Shown in pieces: positions 27,830 to 41,185 of a stretch of DNA of 64,000 nt; position 1 is the first letter of the stretch, and each line of letters opens with the position of its first letter. The stretch is from Utricularia gibba (Eukaryota > Plantae > Magnoliophyta), in the NCBI GenBank assembly GCA_002189035.1, contig NEEC01000002.1, positions 2,232,001 to 2,296,000 on the forward strand, in the 5' to 3' direction. The position numbers were made by a program, and so were the translations under genes. The notes under the pieces were generated by a model. That model was not told where the DNA came from, did no database searches, and saw only the letters and a list, made by a program, of their open reading frames with translations.

Positions 27830-28691
27830 TGATAATTGATTTTGTGTCGTTTCAAAATATGTTATTTCACTACTTTTAAGTATTGTTTTTACTTATTTTA
27901 GACTCTACTTTTTTATTATTCTCAATTGATTTTGTATCTTTCACACTACTTTGATCTTTTTGAAGATAGTGTATTTTGTGGATTTTTAGAGTACTTAATT
28001 TGAGGAGAAATCAAGACCCACCAAATTATAGATTTGATGGGTCACGAATCTCAGCCCAAGACTCGGTCAAACGATAAAGATTTTGTTCAAAATTCATAAA
28101 TAAAATAAAGATATGAAGATGATCTTCGAAGATTTGGATAAAATATTTGGATAGAAGATCGTATTTAAACCTGTCAAATAAACTCAATATGAAGACTTGG
28201 ATCTAATCTCGTATAAATAACTCATCCCTTCAATCACTTTCCTTTGTATTTTTCTTATTTTCGTGTCTATTTTCATGTTAGAGTCAAGTCTGCGCGTGTA
28301 GGCGTTTACGGATGAGGATCTGCAGTGAAGCCTTGCTTGCGCAAGTCCTGCGTGTGTGACTGTTTTACTATGTTTTTCGACATTTAAAATGAGGTTTGAT
28401 TTTGTTTTTTGCAACGTTTTCTTTACCAACATGCTCTTTAGTATCACATAACCCGAAGGGAGTGTGAGAGAATCAAAGGTTTGCCTCAAGCACGCAAGGA
28501 TAAAGACTCAATTGTACATCGTTGGTAAGACACATTCTATCTAATCTGTCTGCGAGGTGTGAGGTGTAGGGGTTAGATTTGGGTGTGGGGAAAACATGAG
28601 TTATCACAAGAGGTAAAATGGTTTTGGTGGCGCAGTTGATTCCATAATCTCACAAAACAATAGACGGTGCTATAACGGTCACCGAATAACA
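27830..28691. mobile_element. Possible degraded solo LTR or other TE fragment
   Basis: A non-coding block starting TGATAA and ending AATAACA, with an internal TATAAATA at about 28212 and LTR-like composition. No matching target-site duplication was found and there is no coding domain. Confidence 0.3.
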
Positions 28692-29358
28692 CTATTTTAG
28701 AATAATACCCCCAAAGCTTGTCCAAACAGGTCAGTCTTCAATGTTTACACATACAAATTTAGTTGATTTCTAAGCAAGTTGAATCCTGATTTAAAGCCAA
28801 TTTTCTTATTATTTTTAAAATTAAATATTTCTTTTGTTTTCGTTCTTTTTTTTAGTCTTTGTTTGAAAAGAAAATTTCAATAACAATTCTCTATAAATAC
28901 GATCTTATTTAATTAATTCGGTGATTTCTGTGCACTTGCAGAATCACTATCAATATGTGGAAAAAAATGAGCAGAAAACACTATATATTATCATATAGAA
29001 AAAATATATTATTTAAGGAATTGTTTTAATCACTTTTTCAACTTCGTTTTTAAATTTTCAATCTACAACTATACACTAAGCAACTAATCTATTATCAAAT
29101 TGTGTGTAACATGTATCGTATTACGTATTCAATATGGAGAACATGAAGAATTTTTGTAGTAGGTTTAGCCTAAGTATAAAAGTAATTTTGAAAATTCCAT
29201 GAATTTTTGTAATAATTTTAAAATTTTCGAATGTATTTTTATTTTGAATGAAAATTTGGGGAGAAATGATGTAAAATAATATATTAATAATGGTAATTTT
29301 CCGGAGGGGTGAAAGTGTAGGTAAATGGAGATGGACGAGCCTGTGTCTGGTTTGGGGA

Positions 29359-30596
29359 ATGGAAGAAACCCTTGAGCTCTACGAGGTTGCGTATCAGGAT
29401 CTTCAGAAATTAGGGTCGGAGAAGAGACCGCCGTTGTCGGATGAAGAAATCCAACGGCTAGAATCAGTATCTAAGGAAATGATGCATCACCTCGGCCGCG
29501 GAGGATCGGGTCTGCTATCAGTTTCCGGGGTGCCCGAAGCCGGAACTCTCCCAAAGACTCTGCTTCCTTTGGCCCGAAAGCTCGCGGTTTTGGATCGTGA
29601 GGGTCGGAAGAGGGTTCTCAAGGTTCGAATTTGAAATCGTACTGTTGAGTGACTTCCACGATATCGTGTTTACACGACGCTTGCTTTCGTGACCAGGATC
29701 ATAATCTGGGGAGTGATGTGTCTTTGAAGAATGCTAGTCGAATGGTATCGTCTTTCGCTATGCAAATGGAGTACGGCAAAGGGGTTGATTTCGAAGCCGG
29801 TGATGTTGATGATGGAGAATTCAAGGGTCTTGGATCTACATTTCGGGAATTAGGGTTGTGCATGATGGAATTGGGGCTTTCTGTTGCACGAGTTTGTGAT
29901 AAATTCATTGGTGGCCGTGAGTTGGAACAGAGCTTATTGCAATGTGGGTCGGCCAAGGGCCGTTTGATACACTACCATTCCATCGGTGATACTGCTGCCG
30001 CCACTAAAGAAGCTTCAACAAGAAAGCAACAATCCAGGAGCAAAGACTGTAAATCAGTGGAAGACGAGCAACCTGATCTCTGGCAACAATGGCACTACGA
30101 TTACGGGGTATTCACAGTGTTAACATCGCCGATGTTCTTGTCATCCATCGGTGTGGAATGGCACGAATGTGAGTCCCCAAATGGTCATACAAATCTCCAA
30201 GTATTTCATCCCGACCTAAAACGTGCGCTAATGGTGAAAGCAACAAAAGGGAGTTTCATAGTTCAGGTCGGGGAGGCTGCTGAAGTGTTGTCCGAAGGAA
30301 AGCTTCATGCTTCTCTTCACAGCGTACACAGACCCCTGAAACTACGCAACAATCTCAGTAGGGAGACATTCGTTGTGTTCTTGCAGCCATCTTGGAACAA
30401 GACCTTTTCGCTGCAAAACTACCCTTTGGAGCACTCTGATGACCAAGATTCCGATCATGATGGAATGAATTCAATCGTCCACAAGGTCATTCCTCCTCTG
30501 CGCTCACGATTGAGAGACGGTATGACGTTTGCCGAGTTTGCCAGGGAAACCACAAAATTGTACTATGGTGGCGGTGGCCTCCAGCAAAACAGGTAG
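29359..30596 (+). CDS. 2-oxoglutarate/Fe(II)-dependent oxygenase superfamily protein (2 exons: 29359-29622, 29697-30596)
   Basis: GPGL-like GSGLLSVSGVP, SAKGRLIHYH, WHYDYGVFT (HxD), FIVQVGEAAEVLSEGKLHASLHSV (distal His) and SRETFVVFLQP. Confidence 0.88.
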
Positions 30597-31333
30597 ATTT
30601 TTCTACATCCTAGATCATAATGTGAAGTTTTGGTTCAGAATTTGACAGTTCCATTACGAGTTTTGCGCATGTAAGATGAAGAAACAGGGTAAAACTTGTG
30701 CTTCTGTGTTATAACTCTGCCGTTGTTGGCAGATGCTACAAGGCCTTCTAACATCAACATCATCTCATTCTTAATCAGTACAAATGTCAGCTGAGCAAAG
30801 ATGTATGACAGAAAGGATTATTACAGGATCAAATGGGAAGGAGTTTATGATTGACTTGTTTGATTGATGTGTGCCCAAAGGGAACAGTCCATTGAAGAAA
30901 GATGGTTGTTTATACAGAGTTGCTTTTTAGTTGATAAAAGGAAATGGTGACATACTTATGGAGGGGAAGAAGGTTTGATGGAAGAATGATGACTGGGATC
31001 CCGATGTTGGATAAAGCGGCAAGAAAAAGGAAAAGCGGGCGCAATCTGAAAAAGCAAAAGCGTTGTTATTGGAAAGTAAAGGCGTGGTTCCTTTTTTCCT
31101 TCTAATGGCACTAAGACACTGCATCGAGCGGAGGTACCTTTTGACCGTTGGTTTGATTCTGAGTTCTCAACGTACAAGCTAGTAAAGCTGGAACATCCCA
31201 AAGGCACAAAAAGCCACCAAGTGCGTTCCTTTTCTTTTCCACGACGGTAAAGTAGATAAATGCTGGTATTCTATAAAAGAAACAAAGCAATCCAATCTCC
31301 GTCATGCATCAGAGTTTTGCGAACTTCTTTCGA

Positions 31334-33548
31334 ATGTACAACAACAGAAGCAGCGGCAGCAGCAAAATGGACATTCTCTGGGGGGGTTCCGGTGAACCCC
31401 ACCGGCCGGAAAGTCCCAGGGGACCTATGGAATTTCTGTCGAGGTCGTGGAGCTCCTCCGCGGTGCATGTTTTCAAGGCTCTGAGTCACAGCGCACCTCT
31501 AACCCTTGCCAAAGCTAGTTCCGGCGCCCCGGCAGCCACGGGTGAGAATGGTGGTGGTGAAGAGGAGCCTGCTCGACTTTCTAGAAACACCTTCTCTTTC
31601 GCTTCCTCTGCAACTAGTCAGCTCATACTTGAGCGCATTATGTCTCAGTCTGTAAGTTCTTCGTACATATTTGAATTTTCTACGCAATTTTCGCTTGCTG
31701 ATTGTTGCTAATTGCAGGAGATTTCACCATTAACATCAGGGAGACCTTCCCATAGCAGCGGACCTCTCAACGGTTATCTAAATGAAGAGAATGAGAGTCT
31801 AATTTCACCTGATGACGAAGAGTATGAAGATGTTGCCAAGGTATGAGAGCTCTCCAATTTGTCAACTTCTTTTGCTCCTTTGAGTTTGTAAGATTAGTGA
31901 CGACTTGGATGTGTGTTAGCAAGTGATGAAGATCTTCAAATAAAGAGTTAATGAGGCAGTGTCAGTTTTTGTTCCCTTTTTGAATCTCCCTTTTTTGCTA
32001 ACACCAAAATCTCAATCTTTTCAGTTTTCTTTTCTTTAGTTAATGCTTTTCTTATTTTTTGTTGCCTTACCGGGAGTGGCGGGTTGAGTCGTCTAGTTGA
32101 TAACATCGACTGAGTGGATTCTTTCTTTTTTTCGGTTGATTTTGGTTCCTATGGCAGAGTTAAATTTACTGCTTTTCTTTGAATGATCGCTTGATGAGGC
32201 CCCATTTCCAAAAAAAAAAAGACTGGAGCTTTGATGGTGATTCAAGTGTTTGACGTTGACCCATTCTCGTGAATAGTATTTCCATGCGAAAACTACATTG
32301 CAACCTCTGGTAACCGGAACTCCCCGTGCCGGCAGCAGCACCAGTGGCGTAGCAACGCCGGGAGGGAAGAAGGTGGGGAGGTGGCTCAAGGAGCGGAGGG
32401 AGAAGAAAAAAGAGGAAGCCAGAGCTCAGACCGCGCAGATTCATGCGGCGGTTTCGGTTGCCGGCGTTGCTGCTGCCGTCGCTGCCTTCGCCGCCGCGAC
32501 GGCGGCCGCGTCTTCCAAGGGAAGAGACGAACAGATGGCCAAGACCAACATGGCGGTGGCGTCCGCAGCCACTCTGGTGGCTGCCCAGTGCGTGGAAGCG
32601 GCAGAGACCATGGGGGCCGACCGAGATCATCTACTATCCGCCATCTCCTCAGCCGTCAACGTCCGGTCTCACGGGGACATTTCCACGCTCACCGCCGCCG
32701 CCGCCACTGGTAAATCAACTGGAAATAATATCCCCTGTTCTGTTCACCTCTAAAAAACTAACCCTTTCTCCATTCTACTTTCTTCCCAAGCTCTCCGGGG
32801 AGTTGCCACCTTGAAAGCCAGAGCTTTGAAGGAAGTATGGAATGTTGCAGCTGCGCTTCCCATAGAAAGAGGGCGTAACAATAGCAATTTGGATGGGAAT
32901 TCGGAAGACATTGTTGCAGAGGAAAACTTCCTTGCTGCTTGTAATCAAGAAATGCTTGCTCGTGGCTGTGAACTCCTGAAAAGAACCCGACAAGGTAACA
33001 CCATTCTCGATATAAAAAAAAATGAATACTTGTGATCTTGACGGAGAGCCAACTTTTTATTCCTTTTCAGGTGATCTTCACTGGAAGATTGTCTCCGTGT
33101 ATCTTCACCGGAGTGGAAATGTTTGTTGCCCTTCACTGTCTCTTCTTCGTCCTAGAAAACATGAACCCTCAAGACCTTCATAAACTTGAAATGCAGGTTA
33201 TGCTGAAGATGAAGAGCAAGCATGTGGGCAAGACCATTACCAAGAAGAAGAAGAGTACGGACCTGTTGCTCTGCAATTCCAAAGATCAAAGCAACTAAGG
33301 GATTCTCACACTTTTTGACATCCACAGGTGTGGTTATAGAAGTAGACAAAGATGTGCCGGCATGGCCAGGGCGGCATCTGCTTGAAGATGGAGAACAGAG
33401 GCGTTACTTCGGGCTGAAAACACATGGACGAGGAACCGTAGAATTCGAATGCAGGAACGCCAAGGAGTATGAAATGTGGACGCAGGGAGTCTCCAGGCTT
33501 CTAGGCATTGTTGCTGAGAGGAAGGCAAGGCATAAAACATCTTACTAG
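31334..33548 (+). CDS. VAN3-binding protein / FORKED1-like (DUF828 plus plant PH domain), 7 exons
   Basis: [99 protein letters not shown] and [23 protein letters not shown]. The exons splice in frame. Confidence 0.92.
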
Positions 33549-33755
33549 CTTCACAACAACCTGTTAGCCTGGCTTCTGATTCACATTCCATGCTGTAACA
33601 CAAGGTCTGAGGAGAGCAATAGCTTCACTGGTATCATTTCCCTTGAATTATGAATCATCTCCAGTAACAGTCAAGTATTAATGGTGCATTCAAACCAGTT
33701 TGGGAATGAACTATGAATAACAACAGTGCGTGAAACCAAGACGTATAACAGCAGG

Positions 33756-34165
33756 TTAACTTTCAGCAGCTCCAAAAAGAGACAAGAATGACAGCAAGAT
33801 ACGAGCCCAAATGTATTCTTCATACGAGTAACGCTTGATCAGGTCATCTGTGTCGTAGATGATTTATCCTGCAAAGATTATCGACGACGTACCACCAAAG
33901 ATCATTATGCCGATTCTTCCAGTGGGGAAGAAGATCTGGGATGCCATGCAGTTACAGTCGGCTTCTCCTGAACAATGCATTTACATAGAGTTGGGACGGT
34001 GTATGTTACTGTAAGGACCTGAATGAGGAAGATCAGCACAGCAGCAACACAAGAAGGGTGTAAGGGAATTTGAATCATGGGCCCTCCTTGCGGCCCAGAA
34101 AGTGTAGAGAGTCGGAGTAATCACAACCACCGCTGTTAATATCGGGGACTCCAGAATTACTCTTC
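33756..34165 (-). pseudogene. BI1-like / LIFEGUARD (BIL4-like) pseudogene, last two exons only
   Basis: Translates to GRVILESPILTAVVVITPTLYTFWAARRAHD...IQ | IFFPTGRIGIMIFGGTSSIIFAG*IIYDTDDLIKRYSYEEYIWA...LSFLSLFGAAES*. It has an in-frame TAA at 33864-33866, a frameshift, an internal deletion and no 5' exons. Confidence 0.85.
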
Positions 34166-34403
34166 CTGAAAAATTAAATGAATTTGAGTTAGGAATAATT
34201 GTGAAGTGATCTAAAAATTAGAATAAAAATAGCCCACTAAATGTTAATTTAGTTAATCTACTTCAAATCAGAGTGGGAGAACAGCCGCCTTCCGCATTTA
34301 ATGGCATGGGGCATCCGCACGTGCACCCTTTATCTATTTTTTGTTATCTCCGGCCCACTTCACTCCACATGCCGACAAGCAATAAACTATATCCGGAATT
34401 GAA

Positions 34404-34432
34404 GGGACACCGTGTCCATGTGCCCGTGTCCC
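34404..34432. promoter_or_regulatory. Cluster of TGTCC(C) auxin-response-type motifs with CATGTG upstream of the Aux/IAA gene
   Basis: GGGACACCGTGTCCATGTGCCCGTGTCCC contains the inverted repeat GGACAC-C-GTGTCC, CATGTG and TGTCCC. A perfect palindrome CCCACATGTGGG also occurs at 34688-34699. Confidence 0.4.
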
Positions 34433-35192
34433 ACTCCCTGGATAACACAGAACGCTTTTTTTTTTACGGATGTATGGGCCTGGCCCATTTACAATGGGAG
34501 GCCCATAACCCAAAGAAGAAAAGAAAAGAAATTATCCAGCATGGTTAATAAAAATCGAGGAGCACCATCACTGTGTGGACAGGCCTTAGCCTGTACTTTC
34601 CCAAATAGGCCACATGGGTAGATGTTTTGACCCTGGGGGCAGAACTTTGATCACATTTCGTGTGGGCCATCGCCATCACCCCCTGCCCCCACATGTGGGT
34701 CCCATCTCCTGAATTCCTTTTTACTCCAGATTCCGGAGTTATCTTGGATGAAGAATAGGAGGTGGTGGCTTTCCGATGGTTGAGATGAGCACACGTCCAT
34801 CTTGGATTCCGACGGAGGCGCTGCTACCCGTTGATTAATGATAAGGATTCGCTGCTGGGGATGATTAATAATAAGCTTTGATGACGACGGTTGTGTTTTT
34901 TCCAAGGAAGGAATTATGTCGACAGGGGTAAGATCACCGGTGACCACTTTCGCCGTCGAGATTGGGATGTCCTCCTACTCATCCGTCCGTCCACGTGTAC
35001 CGTTCTCGATGGCTGGAAGCCTTACTGTGCGCATCAGTATAATACCGCTTCAAATTGCCTCACACACGCTTCGCTTCGCACCGGACACACGAGAGAAGAC
35101 GAGGTAGAGAGAGAGAGTGAGTGAGTGAGAGAGAGCCCCATCATTTTTTCTTTCACCGGCCAAAGAGATCTGCAGAAATCACGGGATCCGAA

Positions 35193-36303
35193 ATGGGGGA
35201 TGCCATGGAGAATCACGACGGAGTACTGTGGGAGACGGAGCTGAGGCTCGGATTACCTGGCGGAGGCGGAGGAGGAGATCGCAGGATTCTTCTTCCTCCG
35301 TCGGCTTCTGGGAAGAGAGGGTTTTCAGAGACTGTGGATTTGAAGCTCAATCTCGGCCCCAAGGAGGCGAATCTTGAGGAGGATAAGGCCGGGGATGTCA
35401 AGGATAAGGACAACCTCTCGTTCTCCGCCAAGCCGCCTTCCAAGTCGGTCCTCCGCCGCCTCCTTTTGCTTTATTCTTCCTCTTCACTCCCATTTTTTTT
35501 CCTGTTCAATTCGACTAGATGTGGGTGCTACGGGGCCGTACGTGATTGTGAGGTTTGGTCGCAGGGCGCAGGTTGTAGGTTGGCCCCCGGTACGGTCATT
35601 CCGCAGGAACGCGACGGCTGTTCAAAAGAGGAGCGGCGGCGAAGAGGAGCAGGCGGAGAAAGGATCTTCCGCCGTCTGCGGCGCCGCCTTAGTGAAGGTG
35701 AGCATGGATGGAGCACCGTACCTCCGTAAAGTTGATTTGAAGACGTTCAAGAGCTATCAACAGCTCTCTGATGCTTTGGGCAAAATGTTCAGCTCCTTCA
35801 CCAACGCGGGTAAGCACTAATACCCATCAAATCCAGTAGAAAGCAAAGTTACTTGTTCTTCTAGTTCCATAAACAAAATGTTGGTAACTCTGGCTTTGAT
35901 GATTGGAGGCGAATGCGACCCACAAGGGATGCAGGACTTCATGAATGAGAGCAAGCTCATGGACCTCCTCAACAGCACAGACTACGTGCCAACATATGAA
36001 GATAAAGATGGGGACTGGATGCTCGTTGGTGATGTTCCATGGGAGTAAGTTTACAACTGTGTAGAAAGCGTACCTATGCATATGCTGTTTATGCATCTCC
36101 TGTCAATGCTCACGCTTTCCTGCAACAATATGAAACAGGATGTTTGTTGAGTCATGTAAGCGCCTCCGCATCATGAAATCTACGGAGGCCAGGGGACTTG
36201 GTTAGTATCAAAACTAAACCTTACCATTGGTTAATTGTTTGGACTCAAAAAGTGGCACATTTCAGCTCCCCGTGCGATAGAGAAGTGCAAAACCAGGGGC
36301 TGA
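35193..36303 (+). CDS. Aux/IAA auxin-responsive repressor (IAA7/14/16/17-like), 5 exons
   Basis: Domain [22 protein letters not shown], degron [15 protein letters not shown], domain [19 protein letters not shown], domain [24 protein letters not shown], and C-terminal [12 protein letters not shown]. Confidence 0.95.
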
Positions 36304-37577
36304 GCGAAGGGGGGGAATCAGCTTGTCCTGTTTGCTAGTGCGCGTTCTCCTTCCAAACCTAACAAACACAAGATGGATGGAGCATGCTGCGGTGCCTGTG
36401 TGTTGTACTATCTGTTATCAAAACTTTGTTTCAAGTTCCTACGGCTTGGCTCCCCTTGGGTTGCTTTCTTCATCGCAGTTGCTGGTTTGTTGTCGTCGTG
36501 TGGTTGCTGCACTGTAACTTTCATGACATAATGTGTCTAAATAATGTCATCATCAAGTCTCCTTCACCTGTAACACCATAAAGTGTATCATTTCAGAGTG
36601 ATATGTGTCTGTAATTTGAAGCTTGTCCAAGATACAACACAATGAAGGTGATCTTGAGGAAAGAGGAAGAAGATATTAACCCTCCGAGACATGAATGGCT
36701 GTAATTTAGGAAACACAATTATCAGAATAAAAGAAAACGAAAGGGGTACAGACCATGTGCAACAATGAATACCATACTTGCAAAGTGGGGTAGCGGCTGA
36801 CTACCAAACATTAGGTTGACGAGGCCGAGGCCGAGGCCAGTTGTCCAACAATAAAAAAAAAAAAAAGCATCCTCATTTAGCAGGTGCTCATGTGAGTCTC
36901 ATTCTGAAAACTAGTAAAAACTGATTGACCTCCAACAAAAAACTTATATGCCCAAGTGGCCTGTAGTATGTTCTACGTGCAAACTGATGCATGAACAGGA
37001 AAATTTTCATTCAGGATTGAAAATGAACCAAGTATTTTGGCAGATGAGAGTAACAAACTGTCTCACCTGTAGCGATTAAGCAACGTCAGATGGAAGACAG
37101 TGTCGGGCTTTGGAATTCATGCATCTCTGCTGGATCAGTTAATAGCAATGGGATGAGAGCCACTCACCTGTTGATATATGCCGCCATCTCAGGACCCGCC
37201 TCTGCAAGCACACCTGTGCTAGTCATTGTAGACACGTCTTATAAACATTCATGCGAAAAATAAAAATATCGTTTTTATCTCCTTCTACGACCCCTTCAGA
37301 GTTTGAAATTTCAATCTTGCAAGTTTGAAGTTGAAACTATATACGCTTATATCTGAAACCCAAAAGTTTTTAGCAGCATGTTTCCGCATGTCGCATATCA
37401 TGTGTATCTGTCAAGTAATATACTCTTATGCAAAGGCAGGATCCAACGTCACTCAGAATTGAAGTGAAATACACAGACAAACAATACAAGTGTACCCGTA
37501 ATTATAGTCATGAACACACAGGGACAACGAAAGGTGACATATCCATTAGCAAATTTACTTAGGCGTCATCTCTGTTG

Positions 37578-40205
37578 TCAATAACTAACAGCAGCGTTGA
37601 GATCATGACCCGTTCTTTCCCTGGAAAGATTCAACAACAGTGAAGTGTGGAGTTAGAGCTATTTTTATATAGCTTGCCGCTTTCCATAAACTGGTCATCC
37701 TCAAGGTAAGAGCCATAAAGCAAAGGAGTAACATAGACCAATGAAAAGTGTACCTGCGGATTTTTCGAGCAGGTGTTCTCATTGTTACAACCTCTTCGGC
37801 TGCTGTAGGGTGAACTCCCACAGTTGCATCAAAATCTGCCTTAGTTAACCCGGCTTTCATAGCAACAGCAAATCCCTAGAAATTCCAGAGCCTCAGTACC
37901 ACCGTGATGCAGTGAGGGAAACTACTGTAATCATATCTATGATCAAGTATTCAACCTGAATGATTTCTGGTGAATCATCACCACAAATGTGCAGGCCGAG
38001 AACTTTGTTCGATTTTGCGCACACAATGAGTTTCATGAACACACGATCAGGGAGGCCTGAAACTGTTGCCTTAAGATGCCTGAAGTTTGATGTATAAACA
38101 TCAATGTCACCATATTCCTTAGCAGCCTGCCAGCGATGGATGTTACTCGTTAGCAAAGCCACCAAGAAGCTATTGCAGGCAGAAACATCTTGAGTACCTG
38201 ATCTTCGGTAAGACCAACTTGGCCAATAGGGGGTTGGGAAAAAACCGCAGATGGTACAAAACTGTAATAAAAACACGTCATATTATTGCCATACATTTTC
38301 TTTAAATAGCAGTCTCTCTAATATACGAAAAAAAACAACCAATCCATTAATTCAGTTATGAAAAGTCACCTGAAATCTGGTTTGGTCAGTTCATTTCCAA
38401 AGAGCGTTTTTGCCAATGCCCCTCCTTCCATCAAGGCAACCGGTGTCAAATTTAATCTGTTTGTAACGTCTCCAACTGCCCAGATTGACGGGATGGAAGT
38501 CTGTGAGTATTCATCAACCTAACAAAAAATATAGAATTTCTATCATTTCATGCATATTTAACATGAGGAAGAGTAAAATCCACAGAGAAGCGAAAAAAAA
38601 ATGAAAAAAAAAACCTCCACAGCTCCATCTTGTAACAACTTCACTCCAACTGCTTCTAAACCCAAGTTCTGCACGAAAACTATAAATGCATCAGCAACTT
38701 CCGGATATTTATTTGAAACTTAATAAAAGGATTGCAAAGACGCCAGTCACTGGTAATAATAATAACAACGAACCAAAAAAACAAATAACACATCAAAATA
38801 TCATCAACAGTGAATAGAAGCATTGGATATGTATGCTGTAAGCATATAACATAAAAGAAAAACCGTTACTCTTGTATTTGGCCTACGTCCAGTTGCAAAC
38901 ATCACATGGGAAAAGCCATCAACAGTTCCTTTGTTTGTCTTCAATGATAATAATCCCTCTGATGATTTCACAATGGCTTGAGGAGTCTCTTCCGTGTGAA
39001 ACTGAATTCCCCTCAAGGACATTTGCTCTCCAACAAAGTCTCTGATCTGCAAAAATATTAGAAACTTCATTTACTGCAGAAAGAACAGCATTCAACAAAG
39101 TGATATTTGTACTAACCTCCTCATCGAAACCTCTCAAAACCTTCTTCTGCCTTATGAACACATGCACGTCGCTCTTCAAGCCATTAAAAATGCCAGCAAA
39201 CTCAACCGCGATGTAACCGCCCCCCACAATAGCAATTTTTTTAGGTCTTGAAGGCAAGTCAAGTGCAGCATCAGAATCTACTGCATATTCAATCCCGGGG
39301 ATTTCAGGCATGAAAGGACGGCCGCCAACTGCAATTAGAATGTTCCTAGCGGAATATAACTTTCCATCCACATTCACCGTATGTGGATCCATAATCTGAA
39401 ATAAATTTAAAGCAAACCCATCACTGAAAAGAAGAAGCATCCAGTACACACATATTCATGAAGAATCAACAACGAATAAGCTCTGCAATGTTGCACTACC
39501 TTGCCACGACCTTCGATTAACTCAACTCCAGCATTTTTCAGAATATTTTTGTAAATTCCAGTAAGGCGTTGAAGTTCCGCATTCTTGTTAGAAATCAAGG
39601 TGCTCCAATCATGTCTAGGATCTGTTTCGTAATTCCATCCAAAACCACCACTCTCATCAAACTCGTGGGAAAACTTTGATGCATACACAAGCAGCTTCTT
39701 CGGTACGCATCCACGGAGGACACACCTACCCATAAAGACCAAAAAGATCAGGCATCCTACTGAAACAGTAGAGAACAGCTCATAACAAATTCATCACACT
39801 ACGAAAAGCATACGTTCCCCCAACGCCGCCCGTTGAGTCTGATGATATCGTACCAAAAGGCAACTCGCATACAGCAACCTTCGCCCCAAAATTAGCGGCG
39901 AAGCGAGAGGCCCTAACGCCGCCGCTGCCGGCACCGATGGTAAATAGGTCAAAATCGTATTGTCTCTGAGATTCGGAACCATTATCCGAATCTGATCGAA
40001 CGAGAGTCGCGAAACGGCGGCTCCGTCTCAAGGAACGGAATATATCTCCCGCCGCTAAAGATGAGAAGATAACCGCGGGAAACTTGGAAGCTCGCAGCGC
40101 GTTCAGATTCGCCGAAGAGAACGAATAACCCAGCCTCGGCGATGTAAGGGATGACGCCCCCATCGATACTTGGGAAATTGCTGCCATGCCAAGCTTTTGC
40201 GGCAT
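37578..40205 (-). CDS. GR2: Glutathione reductase, chloroplast/mitochondrial (GR2-type), multi-exon
   Basis: Transit peptide, [22 protein letters not shown] motif, GGT|[10 protein letters not shown] redox disulfide, [20 protein letters not shown] motif, [17 protein letters not shown] and [11 protein letters not shown] catalytic His. Confidence 0.95.
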
Positions 40206-41185
40206 CTCACAGAACGTGCTTAGCTTAGCGTACCGATTTTATGGATGAACTTCTTTTTAATTCATAAAAAATACATTAACTAAATTATTTTTAAAGCCTG
40301 CGTTTTGGTATTCTACGTCAATAATTCATAATATAATTAAATTATTTATAATTAGATAAACATATTACTATAATTAAAAATTTAGTACATAAATACATTT
40401 TATACATATTAATCAAATAAAACTTGTTTGTTTAATAAAATTAACATGAAAAATTGATTTTGATAAATACAATTGAATAAAATATACAAATATTTTTATA
40501 AATAATTAATATATTAAAATCATTAATTATATAATAAATTACAAATTAATTCAATTTTTTATTACACTATATTATTTGCTTTGATCATTTAATTCATACG
40601 ATTTTACGTTTTTTTTGAGGTAAATACATTATATAAGTTTAGGAAAAATTGTACTATATAAACTATATTTCTATCTTGTACATAATCAATGTAAAATTAA
40701 TTTAAATTTTTATATTATTCCTTAGGTCCAACGCTTACATCTATCCTTAAAAACTCATCATCATTAATGAAGTTTGTTCTACCATATTTATAGTTTAGGA
40801 TTTGACTCTAATATCAATTGTAATGAACTATTCACTTTTTACATAATATTATTTGCTTTGCACATTTAAACTGTAAGGTTTTTATATACATCTCAATTTT
40901 TTATAGATTTAATGAGAATTATCGTCCTATTCCATAAAAAATCAAAAATTATTTGTTTGGGGGGTTATTTCCATTTATTCAAATAAATATATGTATTTAC
41001 TATTTTATAATCACACAAATCTAAAATCTGAACAATTAGGATACATTTGCAGTATATTAAGACTCCAATTTAGTTGAATTTATATAAATATTTGGGTTTT
41101 GAAATGGCGACACAAAGCGTGCGACATTATGCTAATTAACACAGTGGAAAATGGAGAAATACAGAGGATGATGCGGAAGGGGAGT

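Noticed and set aside
29290-29358. Upstream ATG extension of the 2OG oxygenase
   Set aside because: No targeting or family-like features. ATG 29359 (MEETLELYE) matches the expected start.
35100-35135. GA/GAGT microsatellite-like tracts (also about 16800-16830 and 61563-61580)
   Set aside because: Ordinary plant 5'UTR/promoter GA-repeats.
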